From Octopus sinensis (Eukaryota), in the NCBI RefSeq assembly GCF_006345805.1, contig NC_043007.1:17360001-17424000 (forward strand): a stretch of 64,000 nucleotides of DNA. Reading direction: 5' to 3'. The notes below the pieces were generated by a model. That model had not been told where the DNA came from. It worked only from the letters and a program-made list of their open reading frames with translations, and did no database searches. Both the position numbers and the translations under genes were made by a program. Below are positions 1-12,428 of this stretch, piece after piece (within the stretch, counting starts at the first letter, position 1; every line of letters begins with the position of its first letter).

Positions 1-62
1 GTACAAGCAAACAGACACACAGAAACACGCACAGACAAACTGCCGTTTATATAGAGAGAGAT
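1..62 (-). mobile_element. Probable 5' terminus of a Helitron-type non-autonomous element running out of the window
   Basis: Ends ...tttatatagagagat on + (a|TCTCTCTATATAAA on -), like the ends of the elements at 14563 and 32966. Confidence 0.3.
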
Positions 63-173
63 ATATGTAATGAAGGATAAAATTTTTTTTCGAAAAAGAT
101 ATTCTTTTCCCCAAAAAATTTTATCAATGGCCAGCATATCAAAAAATACCTTTAAAGGTTAAATCTATAAACA

Positions 174-233
174 ATTCATAATTAAGGGCAAACGAAAAAC
201 TTGAAATTTTTTCGTTTGCCCTTAATTATGAAT
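174..233. repeat. Perfect 26-bp inverted repeat, 8-nt loop
   Basis: attcataattaagggcaaacgaaaaa (174-199) / tttttcgtttgcccttaattatgaat (208-233). Confidence 0.9.
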
Positions 234-255
234 ATATATATATATGTATGTATGT

Positions 256-310
<55 letters not shown>

Positions 311-401
311 CAACAATTGAGGGTAAAATTAATTAATTATTAATCAATTTCACCAAGTATTCAGTATGTAAAGGGACCATTTAAGGCGAATTCAAAATAT
401 T

Positions 402-791
402 ACATTTTATAAAGGGCTTAGTAAAATAAATTACTTTGCCACATACTGAACTCATTAGAAATAGCAGCCAAAAAAAAAAAAAAAATATTTTTTTAGCCAA
501 ATTCTAATACTTAAAGAAAATTTCTCTCAGATAGTGCTTACTCAAAATAGCCCACGAAGGTATGGGGGTAAAAACATAAAAAAAAATTAAAAAATAACCT
601 TTGCACTTGTGATTTTTTTATGTTTTTACCCCCATACCTTCGTGGGCTATTTTGAGTAAGCACTATCTGAGAGAAATTTTCTTTAAGTATTAGAATTTGG
701 CTAAAAAAATATTTTTTTTCTTTTGGCTGCTATTTCTAATGAGTTCAGTATGTGGCAAAGTAATTTATTTTACTAAGCCCTTTATAAAATG

Positions 792-792
<1 letters not shown>
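402..792. repeat. Long fold-back (about 180-bp near-perfect arms, about 28-bp spacer)
   Basis: 402-584 is the reverse complement of 613-792, apart from a poly-A/T length difference and a substitution in that run. Confidence 0.9.
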
Positions 793-834
<42 letters not shown>

Positions 835-976
835 TATGTACATACACATACATGTATGCATAAATGTGTGTGTGTTTATGTTTGTGCATGCATGTGTCTG
901 TATATGTCTGTATATATGTATATGTAAGTGTGTGTACATATATATGAATATATAAATGTATATTTATCTATTCCCT

Positions 977-1049
<73 letters not shown>

Positions 1050-1050
1050 A

Positions 1051-2311
1051 CAGGGGTTGGACAAAATAATGGAAACACCTTCAAATTTCAATCAAATTTA
1101 TTTTAATATGGGATAGGACCACCTTTGGCAGTAATTACTGCTCGAATTCTATGAGATATGGACTTGTACAAAGTTTGAATTGTTTTCAAAGGAATTTTTC
1201 CCCATTCTTCAGCTAACACAGTCTCCAGTTCTTGTAGTGATGATAGTGGAGGATATCAACTCATGACTTGTCTTTCTAAAATGCACCATAAATGTTCGAG
1301 AATATTGAGATCTGGGGACTGTGGTGACCAGATAAGATGTTCAACTTCACTAGAATGTTCCTTGTGCCATTCAGTAACAACTTTAGCTGTGTGAATTGGT
1401 GCATTATCATCCTGAAACATTACGTTTTCCCCATGGAAACAGTTCCGCAAGAATTTGATCTGGGAAAAAAGTCTTAAAAAGTCTTGACTATTAATTTTGC
1501 CATAAAGGGAAACCATTGGGCCAGCGGATTTCCAAGATATAACCCCTCAGATCATCACAGATCCTCCTCCATGTTTAACAGTTAGAAGACACTCTGGGTG
1601 AAATGCTTCTTTTGGCTGTCTCCACATGTATACTCAGCCAGTGATCGGAAATAATGTAAAGGATGACTTGTCCGAGAAAATAGCATTCTTCCACTGCTCT
1701 AGGGACCAATTCTGTAGGTTTTTACTCCACTCTAAATGCTTTGCAACGTTTGTTTTTGAAAGCAGTGGTCTTCTGATTGCAGTCCTCCCGTGACATCTGG
1801 GTTTGTGCAGTGCCCAGCAAAGATTTTGTGGAAACTGGGTTCTTGAGGTGGTCATTAAGCTCTGCAGTAATTTTTGGAGCTGTACTTTTGTGGTCCTTTC
1901 TAACAATTCACATAAGAGTTCGATGATCCCTATCTGAAAGTTTTGGTTTTCTTCCCGAGTTTTGTTTCAACAAGGAGGTTTTTCCCTTTTTCTCAAAGGT
2001 TGTCATTACTTTCAAAGCAATACTTCTTGATACACCAAACATTTCAGGTGTTTTCATTACACTAACACCTGCCATATGAGCACCAACAATTTGACCGCTT
2101 TGAAAGTCCAATAGATCTGTCATTTTAATGAATTTTAATAATTTTTTCTGATGATATCTGAGAAGAAACAGCAATTTTAGCAAACCATATTAAGCAACAC
2201 TAATAATAAATAAAAAAACATAAGAATAAACAAGCTTTTGATGGTTTTATAGATATTTCAAAATTATGATGCTATGATGCTAGGTGTTTCCATTATTTTG
2301 TCCAACCCCTG
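1051..2311 (-). mobile_element. Full-length degenerate Tc1-type DNA transposon (DD36E spacing)
   Basis: Perfect 30-bp TIRs caggggttggacaaaataatggaaacacct (1051-1080 / 2282-2311) and TA on both sides. Frameshifted transposase pieces: MTDLLDFQSGQIVGAHMAG..SGRKPKLSDRD, WKNAIFSDKSSF, KHGGGSVMI*G, FQDDNAPIHT..WSPQSPDLNILEHLW. Confidence 0.95.
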
Positions 2312-2689
2312 TAAACATATATATATATGGAATAGACACGATATGTAGCTGGGAGTGAGTACTCAATACGCATATTAAGTACAGTGAACAACAACAAAAA
2401 TCCCTATAGAGATCTCATCCATTTTAATTAATCCATTGATAATAAAAGACTAATTAGACAACATACTGGAATCCACAAGCTGTAACACAATACCAATAAT
2501 ACTAAAATGGTATTTTTTTAGGTAAATTTTAGGTAGAAAAAGGCAGTGAGCTAGCAGAAACGTTAGCACACCGGGCGAAATGCTTAGCGGTATTTCGTCT
2601 GTCGCTACGTTCTGAGTTCAAATTCCACCGAGGTCAACTTTGCCTTAGTTTAGTGTAGATGTAGCAGTATATTGTGTGATATCGTATTA

Positions 2690-3050
2690 AGGCGGCGAGC
2701 TGGCAGAAACGTTAGCACGTCGGGCGAAATGCTTAGCAGTATTTCGCCTGCCGTTACGCTCTGAGTTCAAATTCTGCCGAGGTCAACTATGCCTTTCATA
2801 CTTTCGGGGGTCGATTAAATAAGTACCAGTTACACACTGGGGTCGATATAATCGACTTAATCCGTTTGTCTGTCCTTGTCTGTCCTCTCTGTGTTTAGCC
2901 CCTTGTGGGTAGTAAAGAAATAGGTATTTCGTCTGCTGCTATGTTCTGAGTTCAAATTACGCACTGGGGTTGATATAATTGACTTAATCCATTTGTCTGT
3001 CCTTGTTCGTCCCCTCTGTGTTTAGCCACTTGTGGGTAGTAAAGAAATAG
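2690..3050 (+). mobile_element. tRNA-headed SINE family A, tandem dimer (second unit internally deleted)
   Basis: aggcggcgagctggcagaaacgttagc...gagttcaaattc (B-box-like)...gtaaagaaatag. The same family occurs at 2541-2644, 10535-10952, 26913-27142(-), 31705-31937 and 41381-41611. Confidence 0.8.
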
Positions 3051-3364
3051 GTATTTTTTTAGGTAGATTTTGTATGGCTGGATGCTTTCCCTGTTGCCAA
3101 CCCTCATTTGTTTCCAAGCAAGACAATATTTTTCCCATCGCCAGACATGTTTTCGCAGAATATTGGAAATGAACGATACTGCTTGTATGACAATGACACT
3201 CATTTTACAACCATCATGTGACAGAAGTTCACTTTCAAACCACATCATTTCTGGTTCAAACCCACTGCATAGCACCTTGAGTAACTACCAACGAAGCTTT
3301 GTTGGTCAGCTTTGGGAATAGATTTCCTAGACAGAAACTAAAAGAAACCTATCATATATATATA

Positions 3365-3783
3365 TTCTTATTCTTTTACTTGTTTCAGTCATTTGATTGC
3401 AGCCATGCTGGAGCACTGCCTTTAGTCGAACAAATCAACCCCAGGACTTATTCTGTCAGTCTCTTTTGCTGAACCGCTAAGTTACGTGGACATAAACACA
3501 CCAGCATTGGTTGTCAAGCGATGGTGGGGGACAAACACAGACACACATACACACAAACACACACACACATCCACACACGCACACCCACCCACATACACAC
3601 ACAATACACACACACACACACACATATACGACGGGCTTCTTTCAGTTTCTGTCAACCAAATTCACTCACAAGGCTTTGTTCAACCCAGAGCTATAGTAGA
3701 AGACACTTGCCCAAGGTGTCACACAGTGGGACTGAACCCAGAACCATGTGGTTGGTAAGCAAGCTACTTACCACACAACCACT
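3365..3783 (-). mobile_element. tRNA-headed SINE family C
   Basis: Minus-strand head agtggttgtgtggtaagtagcttgc..gggttcagtccc, internal (CA)n, tail gaaacaagtaaaagaat. Other copies at about 3848-4200, 26619-27294, 34994-35391, 37225-37690 and 59719-60123. Confidence 0.8.
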
Positions 3784-3792
3784 ATATATATA

Positions 3793-3848
<56 letters not shown>

Positions 3849-4092
3849 TCTCTTTTACTCTTTTACTTGTTTCAGTCATTTGACTGTGGCCATGCTAGAG
3901 CACCGCCTTTAGTCGAGCAAATCGACCCCAGGACTTATTCTTTGTAAGCCTAGTACTTATTCTATTGGTGTCTTTTGCCGAACCGCTAAGTTACGGAGAC
4001 CTAAACACACCAGCATTGGTTGTCAAGCGATGGTAGGAGACAAACACAGACACACAAACATACATATATCTATATATATGAATATATGAATA

Positions 4093-4136
<44 letters not shown>

Positions 4137-5627
4137 TATACAACGGGCTTCTTTCAGTTTCTGTCTACCAAATCCACTCACAAAGCTTTGGCTGGCCCAT
4201 GTATTCTTACATTTTGAAGATGTTGAAGTGTGATTCAAGAGAGACTTGGCTGCTATGTTTAGCAGGTTGAGTGGCCTTACAGAGGCCACCCTGTTGCAAT
4301 GAAAACACAGTAGTTGTATTTGATATCAGTTAAAACAAACACTGAAAGCATTGTAGCACTGTTTGATTATCAAGCAAAAATTACACTGAGAATATAATCG
4401 TTATTATGTTTGGTAACTGCTAAAACTACAATGAAAACACGATAAGTTATGTTTGCTTTCAGCTAAAACTTACTGTCAAAACACGGCAATTGTATTTGAT
4501 ATTTCCTAAACTATAACAAAAATATGGCACTACTCTTTGATATCAGCTAAAACTACTGCGTAACATGACTGATCTAAAGTAAAACTGCTAAAGGCTGGAG
4601 AATAAATACCGAATGAGAAGTTGTCAGTCTGTATTAGCCCACAAACCTTTTATCAAATATAACATCTTATCTTTTCCTTCGACATTGCAATTAGATTTTC
4701 ATCAGCAGAAACTCTATTAATCAAAAGTATCTTTGCCAGGTTTAATTTCCTGTCTAAACCAGTTCTTATCTCCAGCAATAATTTCCTTTTCTCCATTGAG
4801 AAACTCCTGTCTTTCAAATGAAGGCCATGTGTAATTCAAGATTCATAAACCATTCATGGTTTGGTTATGGATGACAGCTAAAAATATGCCACACACTAAA
4901 ACATGTTGGTTCCAGTACAACCACCTTAAAAAGCTAATTAACCTGTCCAAGTAAGAGAATCTTTTGTCGTTTCTTTATCTTTTGCTTGTTTCAGTCATTG
5001 GACTGCAGCCATGCCAGGGCACTGCTTTGAAGGGTTTAGTCAAACAATTCGACCCTAGTATTTATTCATGAGCCTGGTAACTAATTCTATTGGCTTCTTT
5101 AGCCAAACTGTTAAGTTACAAGGATGCAAACCAACCAACACTAGTTATCAAATAGTAGTGTAGGACAAAGGTGTCACACAGTTGAGCTGACCCCGAAACC
5201 AAATATCTGGGAAGGAAACTTCTCAAGTGCAACAGTACTAAAAGGGTAAAAGAACCAAAAAAATTGAAAAAAAGAACAGCAGTTTCAATACTGAGGCTGT
5301 TATTTTTTTCCTGCCTCAACTTGGTTCTTTCAATGTCTAATGTCTATTATAATGGTAACGACAAAGCACTGCATTGACTGATACTATTCTGTCTTTGTAA
5401 ACTTTTAGCAAATTTCTTTCCAAATTTCTTCTTCTTCCATTTCTTCTCAGTTTCTTCCTTACTTTCTTTTATAAAAAATCTTTTATATGTAATTACTGCA
5501 GTAAATGCTGCACAGTTCTGGTATATGTCATTCTTTATTGGACTAGTTTGCTGCGTTGTACAAAATAAAATTAAAAAATTAAAATAAAAAAATTAAAATC
5601 TCAGTCATTTCTATTCCATCATATGAC

Positions 5628-5682
<55 letters not shown>

Positions 5683-5782
5683 TTCATCAGCATCTTCTTT
5701 CAATTCTGTTTCCATTTCTTGCCGAGTGTCTTCCAGACACCTAGGTAGAGAAACGTACTGTATACATTGGTAGGCCATTAAA

Positions 5783-6169
5783 GTGGAGGCGCAATGGCCC
5801 AGTGGTTAGGGCAGCGGACTCGCGGTCATAGGATTGCAGTTTCGATTCCCAGACCGGGCGTTGTGAGTGTTTATTGAGCGAAAACACCTAAAAGCTCCAC
5901 GAGGCTCCGGCAGGGGATGGTGGTGGTCCCTGCTGTACTCTTTCACCACAACTTTCTCTCACTCTTACTTCCTGTTTCTGTTGTACCTGTATTCAAAGGG
6001 CCGGCCTTGTCACTCTCTGTGTCATGCTGAATATCCCCGAGAACTACGTTAAGGGTACACGTGTCTGTGGAGTGTTCAGCCACTTACACGTTAATTTCAC
6101 GAGCAGGCTGTTCCGTTGATCGGATCAACCGGAACCCTCATCATCGTAACCGACGGAGTGCTTCCATTA
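5783..6169 (+). mobile_element. tRNA-headed SINE family B (tail type T1) with 11-bp TSD
   Basis: tggcccagtgg A-box, gtttcgattccc B-box; aggccattaaa at 5772-5782 and 6170-6180. Confidence 0.85.
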
Positions 6170-6555
6170 AGGCCATTAAAATAAACACACCAGATTGTTC
6201 ATTTACAAAGTCATGTGATAGTCAAAAAAGGGAAGAAAGACAGAAATAAAATAATAAAAAAAATAAAAATAAAAAGTAAGGAAAGAAGGAAGGAAAATTC
6301 ACATTGACAATGTTCTTCTCAATACATGTGATGTACCAGTTAACTCGTTAGCATTCAGATTAATTTATTAAACGTAATGTTTATGTATCCATATTTTTAA
6401 AAATTAATCATGTATTATCTTGTAGCTTCAAGATTTTGAAGATGTAATCATTTAATTTTAGAATAACATTGTAGGGTGGGTGAGAGAGACTGGATCTGGT
6501 CAGTTTGAACATAAAACTGGTAGACCATTTGGGCCGGATATGGCCGGTTTAAATG

Positions 6556-6800
6556 TTAAAAGTTTAAGACAATCTTTTGCTCTTCCTGCATAGATGATAA
6601 GCTGGGGATCATTCTTAAATAATTTTCAGTTCCTTTTTTGATCATTCCAAGTTCTCCTACAATCACTGATATTGTAACCGTCTTGAGATGCCACATCTTT
6701 TTGATTTCGATTAGCAAATCTTTATATTTTCTGAGCTTACCAAATTCTTTTGCTGAGATATTATCACAGGGTATGCTCATGTCAATCGATAGACAGACTT
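6556..6800 (-). mobile_element. 3' fragment of an RLE-type (R4/Dong-like) non-LTR retrotransposon
   Basis: IDMSIPCDNISAKEFGKLRKYKDLLIEIKKMWHLKTVTISVIVGELGMIKKG matches the restriction-like endonuclease region (ID..IP.D.N...KE..K..KY.DL..EI..MW...V.P..G.LG). Confidence 0.75.
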
Positions 6801-7123
6801 ACAGATTTTTGTTATTATTTTATGTTTGACTTTTGCTTTACATTTGTACAAGTTGGCTCCACGTCTCACCCAGAGACCTCAAGAGACAGCAAGCTGGAAG
6901 TTCATGTTCGTGTTATGGCTAGGGTGCCATATATTTGGCTTTGTACATAGTGTTGTTCTAGAGAATGTTTAAGAAACCATAAGAAAATTATGTGTTTGTT
7001 TTAAAACTTGAGATTACATAGAAAGTATTTTGTGTAGGATATGAGCAGTTCCCATGAGCACTATCTTTTGAATTTCTTCCATTTTGGGGTTTCCTGGTAT
7101 CTGAGCTATTATTATTATTATTG

Positions 7124-7677
7124 AGTGAGAGAGCAGTGCATGCCATCAAAGTGACACTGGGGTAAAATATACGAAGCCCAGTATACCCATCATGACTACC
7201 CAGCTGATAAAGGTACACTAGGCATATGCATCACAACCATATGTGCATGACATGGTGATCTCATATCAAGATAAACCATACATGACCTTGCAGGTGGGGC
7301 CCAGTTAGAATTTTCTTCTGGTCGAGTAACCCATCCCACTCAAAAGGTCCCTGAATAAGAGTTGTTTAAGGATGTTGAACGAAACATCCATGTTTCCAGA
7401 GGTGAATTATCCAAACCTCCAAGAATTCCTTTCAACACATGGCTATGATGCTCCCCCACTACTTCTGCTCGTGATCAGAGATGCACATATCGTCAGCTAC
7501 TAAGGGACATGCTCAACTGGTTAAGGTCAAACAACTGACAAGCAAATCTGTGGTATTGAGCAGAATATTTGCTGTAGCCCATCTTTTATACCAAGACAAA
7601 ACAATGTACATGATAACACTTCCAATCAGTTAAGATCAGGAGCCATGAGAGCCACTGCCTGGTACTGCATCAGGGCA

Positions 7678-7680
<3 letters not shown>
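7124..7680. repeat. Unclassified interspersed repeat-like segment bounded by (ATT)n tracts
   Basis: About 560 bp, more GC-rich than its flanks, between TAT/ATT microsatellites; no ORF. Single copy here, so its repeat status rests on recognition only. Confidence 0.4.
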
Positions 7681-7725
<45 letters not shown>

Positions 7726-7729
7726 CATC

Positions 7730-7761
<32 letters not shown>

Positions 7762-8563
7762 ATTATTATTATTATTATTAAGGCAGTGAGCTGGCAGAAT
7801 TGTTTGCACACCAGATGAAATGCTGCTATATATATAGCACGTGCGTGTGTTTTTGTGTTAGTCCCCACTTCAGTACTTGACAACCGGTGTTGGTTTATTT
7901 ACATCCCTGTAAACAAAAGAGACCGATAGAATAAGCACTAGTTTTAAAAAAACACAAGTACTGGAGTCAATTTGTCTGACTTGACCTTCCGAGTGCTCCA
8001 GCATGGCCACAGTCCAACGACTGAAGCTAGTACAAGATAAAAGATATAGAATAGGATAAAACTATTTTGGGAACCCATTTTCAAAATTCAGCTTTGTCAT
8101 GTTTATTTTTGTTTTATTCTTTCCTTTTATCCATTCTTGCGTGACTTGGATGACTTGTTTATTCAGATGCTCTTTCTGCCCTTCTTACCACAAATCACTC
8201 AACTGTGAAATAGGTGTGAAGTGTTTGTCATTGTTCAGTCTGGGATACTAAGCCAAGCAGAGTTATCTACCTTGATTGGAAGCATAGCACAAATGCTGTT
8301 ATGTCCACATGACTCAGTAAGGCCATGACTGTAACTTCACAGTCGTTATTCTTCAGCGAATATTCTTTTAAACAGTATAACCAGAGGGGTGTGAGTTCGA
8401 TCCTCATGGCTGGTTGCTGATAAATTTTCCTGCTCTAAAAAGGATTTTATCCTATATATGCATTGAAAAATATATCTTTCTACTTGTAGGAAAATTATTA
8501 TTATTGTTAACGGTTTGAGAAAATGTGGAGAAATTGGATTTGAAAGATAGGTAATAAGTCTAC

Positions 8564-8603
<40 letters not shown>

Positions 8604-8850
8604 GTGTGTGTGATTGCTTGATAACCCGTGCTAGTTTGTTTACATTCCCATAATTTAGTGGTTTGGCAAACGGGACCAACAGAATAAGTGCCAAGTTTAA
8701 GTACTGAGGTTGATTTGTTCCACTAAAACCCTTCCAGGTGGTGCCCTTGCATGGCTGACGTCCGATGACCAAAACAAGTAAAAGATAACAGAAAAAAAGG
8801 CGTATGCATACATACATACAAACATACATATATATGTATGTATGTATGTA

Positions 8851-8892
<42 letters not shown>

Positions 8893-9009
8893 TATATGTA
8901 TGTATATGTATATAGATACACACATGCATATACATATACATACATATATATGTGTGTGTGTATACAGATATATAAACACATAGATGCATATACCTACACA
9001 CACACATGT

Positions 9010-9046
<37 letters not shown>

Positions 9047-9047
<1 letters not shown>

Positions 9048-9391
9048 GCACACACATACACAACCCATTCCAGGCATGGAAAAGGATGATTGTGACGAGG
9101 ATGATGATACACACACATATATACTTACACACACATACACACACACACACACATATACAACTATATATATATATGCATTCGACTGGCTTCCGTGCAGGTG
9201 GCACGTAAAAAGCACCCACTACACTGACGGAGTGGTTGGCGTTAGGAACGGCATCCAGCTGTAGAAACCTTGCCAGATAAGACTGGAGCCTGGTGCAGCC
9301 TCCTGGCTTCCCAGATCCCCGGTCGAACCGTCCAACCCATGCTAGCATGGAGAACGGACGTTAAACGATGATGATGATGATGATATATATG

Positions 9392-9423
<32 letters not shown>

Positions 9424-9504
9424 TGTATACATATGCATACGTAATACAAATATATATGCATATGCAATACAAATATATATATATATGTATGTATGTATAT
9501 ATAC

Positions 9505-9535
<31 letters not shown>

Positions 9536-9885
9536 ATATACGCACACACATACACAACCCATTCCAGGCATGGAAAAGGATGATTGTGACGAGGATGATG
9601 ATACACACACATATATACTTACACACACATACACACACACACACACATATACAACTATATATATATATGCATTCGACTGGCTTCCGTGCAGGTGGCACGT
9701 AAAAAGCACCCACTACACTGACGGAGTGGTTGGCGTTAGGAACGGCATCCAGCTGTAGAAACATTGCCAGATAAGACTGGAGCCTGGTGCAGCCTCCTGG
9801 CTTCCCAGATCCCCGGTCGAACCGTCCAACCCATGCTAGCATGGAGAACGGACGTTAAACGATGATGATGATGATGATATATATG

Positions 9886-9917
<32 letters not shown>

Positions 9918-10020
9918 TACATATGCATACGTAATACAAATATATATGCATATGCAATACAAATATATATATATATGTATGTATGTATATATACACATAC
10001 ATATATACATATATATATAT
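9047..10020 (+). repeat. Near-perfect 494-bp tandem duplication containing a (TGA)n-tailed retroposon 3' end
   Basis: 9047-9540 repeats from 9541; the only substitution I found in the non-microsatellite part is C9269 vs A9763. Confidence 0.9.
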
Positions 10021-10534
10021 GTATGTATATATATATATATGTATGTATATACACATATACGTATATATACATGTCTTCTGTGCATAATAATGACTGAATG
10101 AACAAATGCTTTAACATTGGTCAGACATGTTTTTGATGTTTCTTTATTTGTAGACTCTTACCAAAAGAAGTGTCCTTTGATAGTATTTTTGGGTTTAACA
10201 ATACAGGAAATGTATGTAAGTATGATTTGTCTCTGTTATTGGTTGGTATTATTATCATTGTTGTTGTTGTTGTCGGTGGTGGTTGTGATGTCATTGATGT
10301 TGTTCGTGTTGATATTGGTGTTTGTATTTGCGATTATATAATTTAATTGAATGGAGATATATAAAATGCTGATGAGTCTTGTGCAATGCAGGGTAGGAAT
10401 GTCATACAAGTTTAGTAAAGCTATGTTGTGTAATATTGTGTAGAAGTGTTGCATAGTGTGTTGTTGAGATGTAGTTTAGTGTAGATGTAGTAGTATGTTG
10501 TATAATATCATATTTGGGTGCTGATATCGAATTA

Positions 10535-10952
10535 AGGCGGCGAGCTGGCAGAAACGTTAGCATGCCGGGCGAAATGCTTAGTAGTATTTCAACTGCCGTT
10601 ACGTTCTGAGTTCAAATTCCGCCGAGGTCAGCTTTGCCTTTCATCCTGTCAGGGTCGATAAATTAAGTACCAGTTACGCAATGGGCTCGATGTAATCGAC
10701 TTAATCCGTTTGTCTGTCCTTGTTTGTCCTCTCTGTGTTTAGCCCCTTGTGGGTAGTAAAGAAATAGGTATTTCGTCTGCTGTTACGTTCTGAGTTCAAA
10801 TTCTACCGAGGTCGACTTTACCTTTCATCCTTGGGGAGGTCGATAAATTAAGTACCAGTTATGTACTCGGCTCAATGTAATCGACTTAATCCCTTTGTCT
10901 GTCCTTGTTTGTCCCCTCTGTGTGTAGCCCCTTGTGGGCAATAAAGAAATAA
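10535..10952 (+). mobile_element. SINE family A tandem dimer
   Basis: A full head and body, then a junction gaaatag|gtatttcgtctg into a second, 5'-truncated unit. Confidence 0.8.
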
Positions 10953-11351
10953 GGGTGCTGCATTTTGCTGTGTAGACATATTCTTTTCTATTATAGGCAC
11001 AAGGCCTGAAACTTGGTGGGAGGGGGCCAGTCGATTAGATCTATCCCAGTACACAACTGGTACTTAATTTACAGACCCTGAAAGGATGAAAGCAAAGTTG
11101 ACCTTGGTGGAATTTGAACTCAGAACGTAAAGACAGACGAATTACCGCTAAGCATTTCGCCTGGTGTGCTAACTATTATGCCTGCTCACCCCCTTTTTTT
11201 TATCATATATTCTTTTCTAAAAATATGTATAGACATATTGTTAAGTACTGTATTAGGATGTTACTTAATATAATACTATTTTGTAGTCTATTGCTGAGCT
11301 GTTCTGTACTGTAGACGTGAGGAGCAGTGTTGTGTATGATGTAGTGTAGTA

Positions 11352-11720
11352 TTGTTGTTTTTGTTGTTACTGTTGCTGTTGCTGTTGAGCGAAGTGGTCT
11401 TCGTCCCAGAGCTCGCAGTGGGAGAAGTCCGAATCGTGGTCCTCTGCTATTCGTAAGACCCGCAGAAGAGAAAGCAGGTCAACCCCCGACACCGAGAACA
11501 TCGACGGATGGATGAATGCGCATCCAGGCTCAGCGGTTGCGTAGGAAGTCGGGGACAAGAAACAGGAAGAAAGAGTGAGAGAAAGTTGGGGTGAAAGAGT
11601 ACAACAGGGGTCGCCACCACCCCCCTGCCGGAGCCTCATGGAGCTTTAGGTGTTTTCGCTCAATACGCCTGGTCTGGGAATCAAAACCACGTTCTTACGA
11701 CCACGAATCCACTGTCTATC
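11352..11720 (-). mobile_element. SINE family B head with a different GC-rich tail (T2) ending in (CAA/CAG)n
   Basis: Head and core match 5783-5970 (gagcgaaaacacctaaagctcc...ctgttgtactctttcacc); tail unrelated to T1. Confidence 0.7.
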
Positions 11721-11833
11721 GATTGTGGTGGGTGGATCTTCAAGTTGCCACACGCATTCTTAGTAGCTTAGAGTAGGCTTGAATTAGAGATTATTCTTTG
11801 TGGCTAATGGCATGAGTCCTGATTGGAATCAGG

Positions 11834-12055
11834 AGAAGAAGAAGAAGAAGAAGAAGAAGAAGAAGAAGAAGAAGAAGAAAAAGAACAAGAAGAAGAAGAA
11901 GAAGAAGAAGATTGAAGAAGAAGACGAAGAAGAAGAAGAAGAATGAAGAAGAAGAAGAAGAAGAAGAAAAAGAAGAAGAAGAAGAAGAAGAAGAAAAAGA
12001 AGTAGAAGAATGAAGAAAAAGAAGAAGAAGAAGACGAAGAAGAAGAAGAAGAAGA
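11834..12055 (+). repeat. Interrupted (GAA)n purine tract
   Basis: Seen directly. Confidence 0.95.
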
Positions 12056-12428
12056 AAGACAACAGCTGTGACTTTGTCCAGTAATATCATAGCTTGCCTG
12101 TTTTATGTTACCATACATTTATAGATTTTATGTGGTAAAGCTGTCATTCCAGGTTATCATTGTTGTGTTCCCAAAAGATACAGAGGTGGTTTTTTCTTGG
12201 GGTTTTTTTGGTTTTTGGTAATTCTAGTGCAACATTCAACAGACCAATTTCTATGATACGTTTTGGTAATTTGGGGTAAATTGTTTAATAGTTGCCATTA
12301 AGATAATTTAGAGGGTTAGGGTTGTTTACCCAAGACTCATTAGGGTACACCTAATTTCTGTTTCTGCGTTCTTCTGTAATGATGAGTTAAAGAGGGTTTT
12401 TTTTTAGATCTGTGTTGCATCATAAGTT

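Noticed and set aside
5347-5550. Minus-strand 67-codon Lys/Glu-rich open frame behind a cag acceptor (QTSPIKND..KKWKKKKFGKK..LSLPL*)
   Set aside because: No recognisable homology or partner exons; purine-rich strands lack stops, and open frames this long are expected by chance in 64 kb
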